Origin: Bdellovibrionota bacterium FG-2
Lineage (GTDB): Bacteria > Bdellovibrionota > UBA1018
Length of the DNA stretch: 47,042 nucleotides
Direction: 5' to 3'
Assembly: GCA_051382305.1 (NCBI GenBank)
Contig: JBBCAV010000169.1
Span: forward strand, 1 to 47,042
Below the pieces are notes generated by a model. That model had not been told where the DNA came from. It searched no databases and was given only the letters and a program-made list of their open reading frames with translations. Position 1 is the stretch's first letter. Each line of letters starts with the position of its first letter. The position numbers were made by a program, and so were the translations under genes. Positions 46,638 through 47,042 of this stretch are shown piece by piece.

Positions 46638-47042
46638 CTACTGGCGAGCCATCGCCATGAGCTCAGCGGCGTTTTCTAAGCTCTTCTTCGTCAACACTTC
46701 TCCACCCAGCATGCGCGCGAGCTCTTCTTTACGCTGTGGAGCCGTGAGTTCCGTGACGGCCGCGAGGGTGCGCTTGCCTGTTGTGGCTTTACTGACCACC
46801 CAGTGCTTATCGGCAAACGACGCGACCTGTGGAAGGTGAGTGATGCACAGCACTTGATTATGCTTGGCAACGGACTTGATTTTCTTGCCAACTTGAAAAG
46901 CGGTTTGACCGCCGATTCCGGCGTCAATTTCATCAAACAGATAAACACCGATTCCGCCTTGGGTGGAGATCACGTGGCGCACGGCCAACATCAAGCGAGA
47001 GAGCTCGCCGCCTGAGGCGATCTTGCCAAGGGCTTTGAATTC
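46638..47042 (-). CDS. recN: DNA repair protein RecN (3' part, truncated by the window edge)
   Basis: KIASGGELSRLMLA, FDEIDAGIGG, QVLCITHLPQVA, ELARML. Confidence 0.93.
   Translation of the reverse strand, partial: EFKALGKIASGGELSRLMLAVRHVISTQGGIGVYLFDEIDAGIGGQTAFQVGKKIKSVAKHNQVLCITHLPQVASFADKHWVVSKATTGKRTLAAVTELTAPQRKEELARMLGGEVLTKKSLENAAELMAMARQ

Noticed and set aside
438-47015. Numerous short antisense or alternate-frame ORFs in the track
   Set aside because: They are shadows of confidently identified genes and have no independent support.
1-47042. DGR template repeat or reverse transcriptase
   Set aside because: No AAC-rich copy of 18355-18470 and no RT ORF were found, so a complete DGR is not claimed.

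Overview
Chromosomal window from a probable Bdellovibrionota (Oligoflexia-like) bacterium, inferred from a TIGR02147/DUF4423 regulator, short flagellins and many orphan secreted proteins. The housekeeping backbone comprises dapA-dapB, etfB-etfA plus a FadF-like Fe-S oxidoreductase, split transketolase, an MFS transporter, yajQ-rimO-queG, meaB, dtd, a TPR/beta-barrel plus FecR pair, a 5'-nucleotidase, tRNA-Ser(GCT), two sigma28-driven flagellins plus flaG, lpxH, an SDR and the 3' end of recN. Two decaying accessory hotspots interrupt it. The first (~14.7-20.2 kb) has AAA_14/DUF4143 ATPases, a MazEF-like TA pair, TIGR02147 and a broken secreted gene ending in a C-type-lectin domain with a DGR variable-region-like codon signature. 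The second (~38.1-45.0 kb) has secreted orphans, a poly-G promoter tract, a miniaturised IS110 keeping a structured left end, an AbrB/RelE TA pair whose 3' end is duplicated 2 kb upstream, and a full-length but inactivated IS66 with perfect TIRs and TSD inserted in a signal peptide. The most notable leads are the orphan DGR-like target, a covarying AUGGG stem-loop shared by both flagellin leaders, the mini-IS110/bridge-RNA candidate, a candidate phase-variable promoter and widespread leaderless promoters. All calls come from reading motifs by eye; no database searches were run.
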